A DNA stretch of 30,192 bases from a virus (lineage: Duplodnaviria; Heunggongvirae; Uroviricota; Caudoviricetes), in IMG/VR virus record IMGVR_UViG_3300029071_000017; one strand, 5' to 3'. The translations under genes and the position numbers were made by a program. Below, in pieces: positions 9,260 to 18,880 of the stretch. A model generated the notes under the pieces. The model saw only the letters and a list, made by a program, of their open reading frames with translations, was not told the origin of the DNA and searched no databases. Position 1 is the stretch's first letter. Every line of letters starts with the position of its first letter.

Positions 9260-11218
9260 TTACGCCGTACATTTCACCAGACCGCGGTGATCAACTGGCG
9301 CGACACCGGCGTCAATACGCACTTTCGTTGTCACGCCATCCACACTGAAGCCCTCCATCTGATCAATATATGGCGTATCCACACCGTTGAGATAAGCCAC
9401 TTCAATCGTATCGGAGCCTTTGGACGCAGCCAGATAAAAGGTGGTCTGGCTGTTATCATCAAGACGAGGCTCTGCAATAACGGTCGCAAAATCTTTCACC
9501 GGGTTAATAATACCGGCGTTAATGTCAGCCCCCTTGACACTTGAGGAGCGAATGACCTGGTTAGCAACAGACTCCATCGCCGTCGGTACCAGTACGAACG
9601 CAGGACGAATATTCAGATGACGCTCCCCCTCTTTCTGAACGCGCATCAACTGGCGGGCTTTATCCAGCGATGCCACGTCCATTGCAGCGCTCTCCAGTAC
9701 GTTTGCATGTTTCGCTTTATCGAACAGACTTACATTATCTGTGGAGATTTTCGGGTTAGACGTCAGAATGGCATAAACCAGATCGGCAATAGTGGATTTC
9801 GCCGCACGGCCCAGTTTCATCGGGACATCGGTCAGCATATTCAGATCATCATTGATAATGGCCTGACGGGTGATACTGAACAGCGAGCCATAGGTCGCCA
9901 GTGCAATAGTGGCCTGTTTATCTCCGGTGGTGACGTATTTATATTCCGCCCCTTCACGCACCTGACGCAGAGCACTGAAGCCCCCCATACCCACACGATG
10001 GGCAATTTTAAAATCAGACAACTGACCTTTCCGCGTCCACTGTTCATAGGTTTCAGGAGCATCTTCCCAGCCCTGCAGAATGGCTTTGTTCGCAACATCC
10101 AGCAGAATATTACCGAAGTCAGACGTACTGTGTGTGAACGCCGCACCGACCATCTGCATCGGGTTATAACTGGAAACCCCAATACCCCGTTCAGTCAGTG
10201 ACATACGGGCATATTCACGCAGGGTCATCCCGTTGTAGACATTATCACGTTCGGTTTTTTCAAATCCGGCACGCGCCATCAGCGCCTGGCGGATCCCGTC
10301 CCCCACAAAATTACCGTTACCGGCATAAATATGAGCCGGGGTATTTTTATTGGATGGCGTGGACTCGCGCCCCATCTCGTTCAACAGCTTTTCGCGGGCC
10401 TGCTCCAGCGAACATTCAGGATCGGCAAGACACTGAGCCTGCAGCGTCTGATAACGCCCGCCAAACATGGCAAACAGATCATTAATACCGTTTACACGCG
10501 CTTTTTGCTCTGCCAGCACCTGCGCACGGATACTGTTTTCATCCACCACGGGTGCTGCTGCCTGCACTGGCGTCCGGGAGGCTGCAGGTTCATCATCCTG
10601 TACGCGTGGAGCACTGTTGCGTGGCGGAGTAATCATGTTTCGAATGGATTCCGGCATCTTTTTAAATTCCTCTGTACGTTTTGACTGAATACATGCCATT
10701 GCCTTAACGGCTGGCGTCACCTGATCAGCAAATCCATGTGCCAGACATTCGGCACCGGACATCCAGGTCTCATCCGCCAGCATGGCAGCAATTTCATCGG
10801 TGGTTTTCCCGGTTTTCTGTGCATAAGCGGGTAACAGAACCGCCTCAACCTTATCGAGCAGGTCGGCATAGGTGCGCATGTCCTCCGCATCACCGCCCGT
10901 AAAGCCAAATGGTTTATGAATCATCATGAAGGTGTTTTCCGGCATAATGACCGGGTTTCCCACCATCGCAATGACCGACGCCATTGACGCCGCCACACCG
11001 TCGACATAAACGGTAATGGACGCACCATGTGTTTTCAGCGCATTAAAAATGGCGATGCCTTCAAAGACATCGCCACCCGGTGAATTGATATGGAGATTAA
11101 TGTGGGTGATATCGCCCAGTGCATTCAGATCACTGATAAACTGCTTCGCTGTAACACCCCAGAAACCAATCTCGTCATAAATATAAATATCCGCGTCACT
11201 CTGGTGACCAGCCTGCAT
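9260..11218 (-). CDS. Prohead protease (ClpP/S49-like) fused to HK97-fold major capsid protein
   Basis: ORF 9260-11479; start set at MQAGHQSDADIYIYDEIGFWG, 13 nt after the portal stop; N-terminal ClpP-like region (...INSPGGDVFEGIAI...), central Ala/Gln-rich scaffold-like linker, C-terminal capsid-like region. Confidence 0.75.
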   Translation of the reverse strand: MQAGHQSDADIYIYDEIGFWGVTAKQFISDLNALGDITHINLHINSPGGDVFEGIAIFNALKTHGASITVYVDGVAASMASVIAMVGNPVIMPENTFMMIHKPFGFTGGDAEDMRTYADLLDKVEAVLLPAYAQKTGKTTDEIAAMLADETWMSGAECLAHGFADQVTPAVKAMACIQSKRTEEFKKMPESIRNMITPPRNSAPRVQDDEPAASRTPVQAAAPVVDENSIRAQVLAEQKARVNGINDLFAMFGGRYQTLQAQCLADPECSLEQAREKLLNEMGRESTPSNKNTPAHIYAGNGNFVGDGIRQALMARAGFEKTERDNVYNGMTLREYARMSLTERGIGVSSYNPMQMVGAAFTHSTSDFGNILLDVANKAILQGWEDAPETYEQWTRKGQLSDFKIAHRVGMGGFSALRQVREGAEYKYVTTGDKQATIALATYGSLFSITRQAIINDDLNMLTDVPMKLGRAAKSTIADLVYAILTSNPKISTDNVSLFDKAKHANVLESAAMDVASLDKARQLMRVQKEGERHLNIRPAFVLVPTAMESVANQVIRSSSVKGADINAGIINPVKDFATVIAEPRLDDNSQTTFYLAASKGSDTIEVAYLNGVDTPYIDQMEGFSVDGVTTKVRIDAGVAPVDHRGLVKCTA

Positions 11219-11231
11219 CCTGAACCAGGAA

Positions 11232-12740
11232 TTATTCTTCGGACTGGTCGTCGGTGTGCTGCGGCTCCTGTCGTTTCGTTGCGGCACTGCTGCCTCCTTT
11301 ATCACTGGCCGGATCGGTATCAAATACCAGATCCAGCTTGCGGTTTTCATCAATTTCGGCCTTGCGCCGACGTTTGACATCATCCGGATTACGACCACCT
11401 GCACGTACCCAGTCTGATTCTGTCGCCGCTCCACCACGAATCTGAATTTTCCAGGCCTCAGCCTCCTTAACAGGGTCAATCCACGGCATCACCGGTCCGG
11501 AATACACCGCGGTATACAGTGAAGAACGATCAAGATCGCGGGGTAGCCTGATAACACCGGATGCCACAGCCTGTTTCAGCCAGGCACGATACATCGGGCG
11601 GGTGACGGCACCAATAAACCAGTCCTGCAGGATCAGGTAGCCATCAGTGGATTCAACCAGCTCCTGACGCTGGGCGCTGTAAGTGCCGTTATAGTTGCGC
11701 GCTGTACTGGAAAAACTCAGACGACTGCCCGCCGCCACGGCACGCAACTGACCATTACGAAAAGTTTCAAGATTAGGATTGGGGCGATCCGACTTCACCA
11801 TTCCGATTTCTTCGCCGGGTTTCAGATCGTCGTAAATAATGCCTGGCTGAATGGTAAGCTCGCGTTCCTTATCCTTGCTGCCATTACCATCCGGTTCATA
11901 GCTCTGCCCGTCGCCTTTCCGGATGTACATCCCCAGAGCAGCGGCGATCCTTGCTGCAGTCAGCTCAGAATCTTCATACTCTTTCAGGGCACTGAGGCGG
12001 ATCAGCACACCGGACAACAAAGACGTCCCGCGCATCTGGTGCAGACGGCGAACAAATTTAAGATGCAGCATTCGCTCTGCATCCACTTCTTTGGTTTCCA
12101 TCTGCCGTCCGGATACAGGACGGCTTTTATACACCAGATATTTTTCGGGGCGCCCCCAGTCATCAACAAACACGCCCTGATTCAGCCTGTTGCTCTCATC
12201 ACTGGTCATGGGAATAAAGTCCGGCTCGAGCGCCTCCAGCCAGAAATGAACACCGGCAGAAGGCGTCAGGCTGTTTATGCGCCCGGAAACCATCTGGGCA
12301 AACACCTCACCATCGCGCAGCCAGGTACGCAGCATCAGACGTTCCAGCATCGGGCGGGTAAACTGCCCGGTGACTTCCGGACTGACAGACCATTCACTCC
12401 ATCGGGTGCGTATCTCCGCTGCCAGGTCACGGGCAATGGCCCCATTGCGTAATACCGGATGTGGCTCGACAATAATCCCGTTTTTCCCCACCACCCGTTC
12501 TTCCAGCTTGTCAAATACACCAATAACCAGATCGTGGTTGTTATCAAGGTAACGGGCCTGCTCACGTAACGACACGGCCCCGTACTGGCTTAACTGGTCG
12601 GCAGTTCGGTTTTCCCGCCGGGCTTTGTGTGTCCGCGTAGTTTTTACGGCCTCATAAGCCTGGATCACCGCCCGGGAACGCAGCCTTGCCGCTTTCCATC
12701 CTGGTGAAAAAACGCCAATCACATCATCAAGAATTGCCAT
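11232..12740 (-). CDS. Portal protein
   Basis: About 500 aa between W and the protease-capsid gene; start at MAILDDVIGVF gives an ATGA overlap with the W stop; acidic C-terminus typical of portals. Confidence 0.75.
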   Translation of the reverse strand: MAILDDVIGVFSPGWKAARLRSRAVIQAYEAVKTTRTHKARRENRTADQLSQYGAVSLREQARYLDNNHDLVIGVFDKLEERVVGKNGIIVEPHPVLRNGAIARDLAAEIRTRWSEWSVSPEVTGQFTRPMLERLMLRTWLRDGEVFAQMVSGRINSLTPSAGVHFWLEALEPDFIPMTSDESNRLNQGVFVDDWGRPEKYLVYKSRPVSGRQMETKEVDAERMLHLKFVRRLHQMRGTSLLSGVLIRLSALKEYEDSELTAARIAAALGMYIRKGDGQSYEPDGNGSKDKERELTIQPGIIYDDLKPGEEIGMVKSDRPNPNLETFRNGQLRAVAAGSRLSFSSTARNYNGTYSAQRQELVESTDGYLILQDWFIGAVTRPMYRAWLKQAVASGVIRLPRDLDRSSLYTAVYSGPVMPWIDPVKEAEAWKIQIRGGAATESDWVRAGGRNPDDVKRRRKAEIDENRKLDLVFDTDPASDKGGSSAATKRQEPQHTDDQSEE

Positions 12741-12952
12741 CAGAACCTCGCCAGCCGGTACCCGGGATGCCCCCGTCGTCGTGTAATCAGAGCCGCAAGG
12801 CGGCGCTCCCACTCCTGCCGCCCCTGCCGGATCTCAGATAAGTTTTCCATGGTCATCTGCTGACCATTAAAGGTGACGGATTTTCCGTCCAGCACCGCCA
12901 TTTCAGCTTCCGTATAACGCTGAATCATGGCTTCGATATCATTCTGGTTCAT
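12740..12952 (-). CDS. W: Head-tail joining protein W
   Basis: About 70 aa, ...ITRRRGHPGY... resembles the lambda gpW C-terminus; ATGA overlap with the terminase large subunit stop. Confidence 0.7.
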   Translation of the reverse strand: MNQNDIEAMIQRYTEAEMAVLDGKSVTFNGQQMTMENLSEIRQGRQEWERRLAALITRRRGHPGYRLARF

Positions 12953-15051
12953 AACCATCCTCCGGAAGTCAGCCAGGGGTTAACATCGTCAGTTACTGTT
13001 TTCTTCCGTTTTTGTTTTTTAACAGGCGTGGATATCGGTTCCGGTGAGGGTGACGGTTCGGTACTGTCCGGGACACACTCCAGCCAGGTTTCCCGGCTCG
13101 CCCACTCCGGTGCATCCGGCCAGCGGATCTTTTCGTATCCATGCAGAATGACCAGAGCCTCGGCATACACCATCAGGTCAAAAGCTTCGTTGGCACCGCG
13201 ACCCGGCTTACTCCATTTCCCGTCACTGCTCCGCTCTTCATACGTCAGTTCGTCGTAAAACCAGCTCCCCAGCCAGTCAGGGAAATGCACATAGCCGGGA
13301 CCTGGTGAGTCACGCCATAACGCGTTATTCACCCGGTCTTTCAGTGCATCCGTCTGAAGAAGCCAGAGCGGCACATCACCTGCGGCCTGCGCCCGTCGGC
13401 CCGTTCGTCCGGTGTTATCAGGGAATGTACGGGTGATCAGTTTTGCGCGCCGGATGCTGTCGCCCTTAAACAGGTAAATACGTTTACCAAGGCCATCACG
13501 ACGGCAACGACGCCAGAATTTATAGGCATTATCAGTGACCCCGTCTTCACCGCCGGAGTCCACCGCCATTGCCATCAGTCGCATTTGTTGAGAAGGATCG
13601 GAGGCCAGCGGCCAGCTTTTATGAAAAACATCCGTCAGCAGGACATCCCAGTCTTCCGGATAGCTGGCCGGATCAATTCGCTGGCTCTCCCCGTCGCTGT
13701 CACCGCGCAATGACTGCGTGATGTTGTAACGATCAATAATCCAGCGTTCGCCACGGCTGCCATAGCCCGTTACCTGAACCACAAAACGGCGATGACGTCC
13801 CGCCTGCACATCCACTGTCGCCACAAGGAAATTAACGCCATCCGGCACACTGCGGGAAGGAACTGGCTCTGCCCGCTGCTCAAGCAGTTCACTTTTTCGT
13901 TGCTCCATGCTGGCGCGGGGAAGATAAGGTAATCCCCAGTCGGTATTGATAACCGTCTTGAGTGTTTCTTCACTTCCGGTTGTCTCGTATTCCTGTTCTG
14001 CAGTAAGCAGTTTGTAAACGAGTTGCGAGAGTGTCTGGTAAGCAGCTGCCGGACCCTCCATCCAGAATGACGCAATACGTGAGCGTCGGGGATCACCATA
14101 ACGACTGCCATCCGCATTGATGGATTCACCATCCCGCAACCAGACCCCACGTCCGTTCAGCTCACGTTTTTGTTCAGGCATAATCCGTCCTGAACAGGAA
14201 GGACACTGAATATAAGCCGCCTCACTTGCCAGCACGGGATCGGCAATATCACGGAAACCAGCAACCACATCGCCGCAGGGCTGAAAATACTCACCACAGT
14301 GTGGACAGGGCCAGTACCAGCGACGGCGATCGCCACGGTTATAGAGCGACAGTATCCCCGTGGTTGGTGGAGCCTCATGCGGTGAAGTCCGTCGCCATTT
14401 CACATCCTTCACATCCCTGCCGGGGGAACTCTCCACCAGCGTCATACCACTGGACATAAATGTTGTGGTACGTTTTGAGGCAAGAGAGAAAGCATCCCCC
14501 TCGCCATCAATATCTTCCGGAAAACGGTCATAATCCGTCAGCGCGACGCATTTATAATCTGATGAGGACATGATATTGACTGACGGCCAGCCGATTTTCA
14601 GGTAGTTACCAGCAAGGAATGTTCTGTCATAAACGTTGTTGTCATTTTTGTTCGGACTCAGGCGACTGACCACTTCCGGGCTGACGCGAAACGTTCTGGC
14701 GAGTCGTTTTTTGGAGTGTTCGCGGGCTTTTTCCTCCGTCATCTGAATAATCAGCATATCAGCAGGATCGCAAATCACGTTGTAAATCACCCAGCCGTCA
14801 ATCAGGCCGATAGTCTTGCCGGTTCGTGCCGGGCCAACAAATATCACTGCGTCGTATTCACGCGAGGCCAGGCAGTTCATCGGCTCAATAACATACGGTG
14901 CCACCAGCGGATCCCACGGGACTGAGTTCCCTGCCCCCATGGGCACCCGCATATACTGAGCAACGGCATCAGCAACCCGCATTCGTCTCGGTGCGCGAAG
15001 GATATAACCTGAATCGGTTCGTGCTGCCTTTGCGGTTTCCTGATTCAGCAT
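12949..15051 (-). CDS. Terminase large subunit (lambda gpA family)
   Basis: 700-aa ORF with Walker A-like GPARTGKT and a Cys/His cluster (CPHCGEYF...CPSC) as in gpA-type terminases; directly follows the small subunit with an ATGA overlap. Confidence 0.85.
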   Translation of the reverse strand: MLNQETAKAARTDSGYILRAPRRMRVADAVAQYMRVPMGAGNSVPWDPLVAPYVIEPMNCLASREYDAVIFVGPARTGKTIGLIDGWVIYNVICDPADMLIIQMTEEKAREHSKKRLARTFRVSPEVVSRLSPNKNDNNVYDRTFLAGNYLKIGWPSVNIMSSSDYKCVALTDYDRFPEDIDGEGDAFSLASKRTTTFMSSGMTLVESSPGRDVKDVKWRRTSPHEAPPTTGILSLYNRGDRRRWYWPCPHCGEYFQPCGDVVAGFRDIADPVLASEAAYIQCPSCSGRIMPEQKRELNGRGVWLRDGESINADGSRYGDPRRSRIASFWMEGPAAAYQTLSQLVYKLLTAEQEYETTGSEETLKTVINTDWGLPYLPRASMEQRKSELLEQRAEPVPSRSVPDGVNFLVATVDVQAGRHRRFVVQVTGYGSRGERWIIDRYNITQSLRGDSDGESQRIDPASYPEDWDVLLTDVFHKSWPLASDPSQQMRLMAMAVDSGGEDGVTDNAYKFWRRCRRDGLGKRIYLFKGDSIRRAKLITRTFPDNTGRTGRRAQAAGDVPLWLLQTDALKDRVNNALWRDSPGPGYVHFPDWLGSWFYDELTYEERSSDGKWSKPGRGANEAFDLMVYAEALVILHGYEKIRWPDAPEWASRETWLECVPDSTEPSPSPEPISTPVKKQKRKKTVTDDVNPWLTSGGWL

Positions 15052-15542
15052 TACTCCTCCTGCTGTAATTCCTCCTCATCATCCGCACCTGCTTCAGTCA
15101 CCCGCAGGGCTATCTGATCGCGCAGATCATCAATAATGGACTGAACACGGCTCACAGCGGCAGGCTGCAGGCCGCAGTCACGTTCAAGAATATCCGGTAA
15201 TGTCTCCAGCACCTGCACGACCGCTTTTGCCCAGATGGCAAACTCCCGTCTGACATCACTGGCCGGAATGAGTTGTGCCGTTTCCTGTTCGAACTTAAGA
15301 CGCTCACGTTCAGACTGATACCAGGCTTTGCGTTCATGTGGATCCATTTCGCCCTCAGCAACCGGCGGTGGTAACCCCATAAATTCAGTCAGAATATCGG
15401 TCAACCGGTATAGCTTGAGTTTGTCATGTCCACCAGCGGGACGAATGTTTTTCAGTCTTGCCACGACAGTCTGGCGGTGCAGACCAGATAAAGCCGCCAG
15501 TTGATTAATATTCAGCACCAGGTTTTTCAACTCATGATCCAT
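15051..15542 (-). CDS. Terminase small subunit (Nu1-like, N-terminal HTH)
   Basis: 163-aa ORF, N-terminal LNINQLAALSGLHRQTVVARL HTH, acidic C-terminus; first gene downstream of cos. Confidence 0.75.
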   Translation of the reverse strand: MDHELKNLVLNINQLAALSGLHRQTVVARLKNIRPAGGHDKLKLYRLTDILTEFMGLPPPVAEGEMDPHERKAWYQSERERLKFEQETAQLIPASDVRREFAIWAKAVVQVLETLPDILERDCGLQPAAVSRVQSIIDDLRDQIALRVTEAGADDEEELQQEE

Positions 15543-15711
15543 ATTTCCTCCGGAGAGCTTTAAACATGCATCGTGCGAACAACTTTAAGAAAACGCGTTC
15601 GATGTCGAACAAAAAACACTCAATTCGACATACAAAAAACAAACAACCATTAATAATCAATAAGATGTAAAGATGATGGTGGCCGATAAAAATGCAAAAA
15701 CTAGCCTTTTT

Positions 15712-15732
15712 CCGCGACGCTCCCGCCCCGTG
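15712..15732 (-). other. cosN-like cohesive-end site
   Basis: Minus strand reads ACGGGGCGGGAGCGTCGCGG, compared with lambda cos ACGGGGCGGCGACCTCGCGG as I recall it, about 180 nt upstream of the terminase small-subunit start as in lambda. Approximate coordinates. Confidence 0.6.
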
Positions 15733-16181
15733 GCAAGACCCCCCACCGGGAGGACCCGTCAGCCTGACAGCTCTGACGAACGTCTGATACCGCGCCTTGC
15801 ATGAATGGCATCGGGATAATCCAGAAAGGTATAGCATCGTACCCACAAGAATCTGTGTGAGTGTCCTGTTTCTTCCACCCCCGCACAGGACTGGCGAGCA
15901 TGAGGGACAAACCCGCGAATCATTAGCGCGGTAAAAACCCGGTGTGCATCGTTTTTGATTATTCCCGCACACTCGCGCAGAAGGAGTTCCCCGTCGGGCT
16001 ACGGTCTCTGTTAATGGGGGAATACGGCGACGATACGGCGCACAGAAATAGATCAGAAATCTATTGCCCACAATCCACATAAAGGCAATACATTGCATGA
16101 GCACAGGTAATCGCCTATGCTCATGTATTGGCATTCTTTTGCCGCCGGCGAATCTTCAGCGGATTATCCTTGGCCGGTTTT

Positions 16182-16625
16182 TTATCTGAGGCATTGCTCG
16201 CTAATATATAGCTGTGCCCCCTCCAGTTGTTTTTGCATCAATATCAGCCGCTCTCTGAGGGTGAAATAATCCCGTTCAGCGGTGTCTGCCAGTCGGGGGG
16301 AGGCTGCATTATCCACGCCGGAGGCGGTGGTGGCTTCACGCACTGACTGACAGACTGCTTTGATGTGCAACCGACGACGACCAGCGGCAACATCATCACG
16401 CAGAGCATCATTTTCAGCTTTCGCATTGGCTAATTCTCTCGAGTACTTTGCATCGAGCGCAGCAACATCACGTTGACGCTTCTGCATATCAGCGATGATG
16501 GATGCGGCTTTATCGCGCTGCTCTTTGTAGGTCATGGCGTTATCACGGTAATGATTAACAGCCCATGACAGGCAGACGATGATGCAGATAACCAGAGCGG
16601 AGATAATCGCGGTGACTCTGCTCAT
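16182..16625 (-). CDS. Rz: i-spanin Rz
   Basis: 147-aa [33 protein letters not shown]..., near-identical to lambda Rz. Confidence 0.9.
   Translation of the reverse strand: MSRVTAIISALVICIIVCLSWAVNHYRDNAMTYKEQRDKAASIIADMQKRQRDVAALDAKYSRELANAKAENDALRDDVAAGRRRLHIKAVCQSVREATTASGVDNAASPRLADTAERDYFTLRERLILMQKQLEGAQLYISEQCLR
16244..16426 (-). CDS. Rz1: o-spanin Rz1 (lipoprotein) embedded in Rz in another frame
   Basis: 60-aa [27 protein letters not shown]...[15 protein letters not shown] with lipobox VVGC; near-identical to lambda Rz1. Confidence 0.85.
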   Translation of the reverse strand: MRKLKMMLCVMMLPLVVVGCTSKQSVSQCVKPPPPPAWIMQPPPDWQTPLNGIISPSESG

Positions 16626-17098
16626 ACCTCAATCTCTCTGACCGTTCCGCCCGCTTCTTTGAATTTTGCAATCAGGCTGTCAGCCTTATGCTCGAACTGA
16701 CCATAACCAGCGCCCGGCAGTGAAGCCCAGATATTGCTGCAACGGTCGATTGCCTGACGAATATCGCCGCGGTCAATCATCGGTAAAGCGCCACGCTCTT
16801 TAATCTGCTGTAATGCCACTGAGTCCTGGCTTCTGGGAGAGAAGTCTTTCAGCCCAAGCTGCTTGCGGTAAGCATCCCACCAACGTGAAAGAAGTTGATA
16901 ACGGCCTGCAGCTGTTGATTTGAGTTTCGGGTTTAGCGTGACAAGTTTGCGAGGGTGATCGGAGTAATCAGTGAAGAGTTCGCCACCGACAATAACGTCA
17001 TAACCGTGGTTACGTGTCGGTTGTCGCCCGTTATCCGTTCCTTCTGACCAGGCCACCATATCAAGGAAAGCTTTACGCTGAGGATTTAGTACCTGCAT
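16622..17098 (-). CDS. R: Endolysin R (lytic transglycosylase)
   Basis: 158-aa [27 protein letters not shown]..., lambda R-like; ATGA overlap with Rz. Confidence 0.9.
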   Translation of the reverse strand: MQVLNPQRKAFLDMVAWSEGTDNGRQPTRNHGYDVIVGGELFTDYSDHPRKLVTLNPKLKSTAAGRYQLLSRWWDAYRKQLGLKDFSPRSQDSVALQQIKERGALPMIDRGDIRQAIDRCSNIWASLPGAGYGQFEHKADSLIAKFKEAGGTVREIEV

Positions 17099-17101
17099 AA
17101 A

Positions 17102-17437
17102 TTACTCCTTCGAGCTACCAAATTTGTTACCGATTACTCGCATTGCAGCCCCACGAATAGCATCGACACCGATCAGCCCAACGCCGCCACCAATGGCAAC
17201 AGAAAGAGATTTAGGCCATCCGACATACTCAAGAGCGGATGCAAAAGTCAGCGTCAGAGCACCACAGAGCAAAATCTCGAGCGTTTTTCGCTTCCAGCCA
17301 CCACCACCGCCAAAATAGGCAATGCGCAAGCCAGCCATAACGATCGACATAATCACTGCGCCCAGCGGTGTGTCTCCACGCCACCAGCTCTGAAACAACT
17401 CCAGCCAGTCCGGCCAGGTATTTGGGTTATGAGGCAT
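17102..17437 (-). CDS. Holin (not lambda S type)
   Basis: 111-aa ORF immediately upstream of R with about three hydrophobic segments and a charged C-terminus; first gene after the late terminator. Confidence 0.6.
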   Translation of the reverse strand: MPHNPNTWPDWLELFQSWWRGDTPLGAVIMSIVMAGLRIAYFGGGGGWKRKTLEILLCGALTLTFASALEYVGWPKSLSVAIGGGVGLIGVDAIRGAAMRVIGNKFGSSKE

Positions 17438-17576
17438 TTGTAGTTATCTCTCACCTCGCTGATACAGCAGGTGCAAATTGAGGAAACATCATGTTCCGCA
17501 AATCAGAAGCGGAAACGTCAAAGAAGCCGAGTCAAAGGATAACTGCGGGATAAACCAAGCCCAACGAACAACCAGG

Positions 17577-17611
17577 CCCAGAAACGACAAAACCCGCTCA
17601 TCGGCGGGTTT
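17577..17611 (-). terminator. Candidate late terminator tR' (hairpin plus U-rich tract) upstream of the holin
   Basis: Minus strand: AAACCCGC-CGATGA-GCGGGTTT hairpin followed by TGTCGTTTCTGG. Approximate coordinates. Confidence 0.5.
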
Positions 17612-17703
17612 AAGCTGTGTGGCGAAGTAACCACTCTTAACACATTACATGATAAAATGCGGACCGCGTTAGTAATATTTTTCTCATATATTGGGTTCAC
17701 TAC

Positions 17704-18450
17704 ATGCGACATAATTTTTCTAAAGACACTATAAAAAAATTAGCAGAGCGGGCAGCATTCATTTGTTCAAACCCTTCATGCCCTAGATTGACCATTGGCC
17801 CATCAATTGATGGCAATAAATCAATCAAGACAGGAGTTGCTGCTCACATATGTGCAGCATCTCCTGATGGCCCACGCTATGACATGTCACAATCAGAAAC
17901 AGAAAGGAAGTCAATTAACAATGGCATATGGCTGTGTGCTACTTGTTCTGTATTAATAGATAAGAATCAGGGGCTAGACTATCCGGCACCTGTATTAAGA
18001 AAATGGAAAAAAGATCATGAAAGCCTTATAAGCTCCTGTCTTGAAGGTTCGATTAATATTACCTTCGATGCTTTGAAATATATTCAACAGCATGATGAAA
18101 GAAATCTGGCAAAAAAGATTATAAATGAATTGGATGATAAAGGGGCTTTGTTCGTAGAATATCATCTTGAAAACCCCTGTTTTGTTGCCGAATCACTCAA
18201 AGAGTTAAGAACCTGTTTGACCTCTTTGCTTTCTCAAATCCCAGATGAATCACCTCTATTTATCGTTTGCAAGTCAATTCGAGAAGCATGCCGTTATTAT
18301 ATGAACAACACTTCTAAAGACGCAGGGATTAAAGAGTTAGAATTTTCGTTGGGAGCTGTCAGAAAAATCGTAGGTATCAACGTTAAAAGAATATCAGAAA
18401 CCTACGGGGTTAAACCTAGCCCACAATTATCTACCATAATGCCAGATTAA
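17704..18450 (+). CDS. Moron-encoded protein with HNH-like Cys/His motifs; function unknown
   Basis: 248-aa ORF on the strand opposite to the late genes, AT-rich relative to flanks; N-terminal C-x4-C ... AHI ... NGIWLCATC pattern; own downstream terminator. Confidence 0.6.
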   Translation: MRHNFSKDTIKKLAERAAFICSNPSCPRLTIGPSIDGNKSIKTGVAAHICAASPDGPRYDMSQSETERKSINNGIWLCATCSVLIDKNQGLDYPAPVLRKWKKDHESLISSCLEGSINITFDALKYIQQHDERNLAKKIINELDDKGALFVEYHLENPCFVAESLKELRTCLTSLLSQIPDESPLFIVCKSIREACRYYMNNTSKDAGIKELEFSLGAVRKIVGINVKRISETYGVKPSPQLSTIMPD

Positions 18451-18458
18451 ATCTGTTA

Positions 18459-18500
18459 CGCAGCAACAAAGTTAAACTCTATGTTGCTGCCTTAATTTTA
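18459..18500 (+). terminator. Intrinsic terminator of the moron gene
   Basis: GCAGCAACA-(13 nt loop)-TGTTGCTGC followed by CTTAATTTTATT, right after the moron stop and just downstream of the Q stop. Approximate coordinates. Confidence 0.6.
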
Positions 18501-18863
18501 TTACTCCATTTCTAAACGAATATCCAGCATCGAGAGACAACCATCTATAAACCCTTCAGCCAACTGTATCTCTATACGTATCAATTTCTCATCTTTTTTG
18601 TATGCTTTTGCTATCTTCCTTTTCGAGATGCCATACAGGTAATGAGCCACAATCAGAGAGTGCTCATATGGTTTTCTCTTCTTAAGAAGAGCAAGACAAC
18701 CTTCAATAATTAATGCATCACTATCTGAACAAGCCTGACGTGTTTTGCTTGTATAGGGAAGAAGCCCTTTAAACCCAGCAGCTATAGGAGAATAGTCTAC
18801 TCCAGAACTATCACTCGCCGCCCATGCTCCCCAACGATCCAGAACCATCTGAATATCACGCAT
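18501..18863 (-). CDS. Late antiterminator Q (phage 82 / QuuD-like type)
   Basis: ORF 18501-18878; start set at MRDIQMVLDRWGAWAA... with GGAG upstream; C-terminal ...EGFIDGCLSMLDIRLEM resembles 82-type Q proteins as I recall them. Confidence 0.7.
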   Translation of the reverse strand: MRDIQMVLDRWGAWAASDSSGVDYSPIAAGFKGLLPYTSKTRQACSDSDALIIEGCLALLKKRKPYEHSLIVAHYLYGISKRKIAKAYKKDEKLIRIEIQLAEGFIDGCLSMLDIRLEME

Positions 18864-18880
18864 CAACTTTCTCCACAAAA

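Noticed and set aside
9617-10201. 194-aa plus-strand ORF antisense to the protease-capsid gene
   Set aside because: Antisense to a well-supported structural gene, with no RBS or motif.
15532-16134. 200-aa minus-strand ORF spanning the cos region and overlapping the terminase small-subunit start
   Set aside because: Cys/Arg/Gly-rich low-complexity translation, covers the cos site and overlaps a well-supported gene; most likely a chance ORF in GC-rich non-coding DNA.
17518-17712. 64-aa minus-strand ORF across the pR'/tR' region
   Set aside because: It spans the terminator hairpin and promoter region and has hydrophobic low-complexity composition; more likely non-coding.
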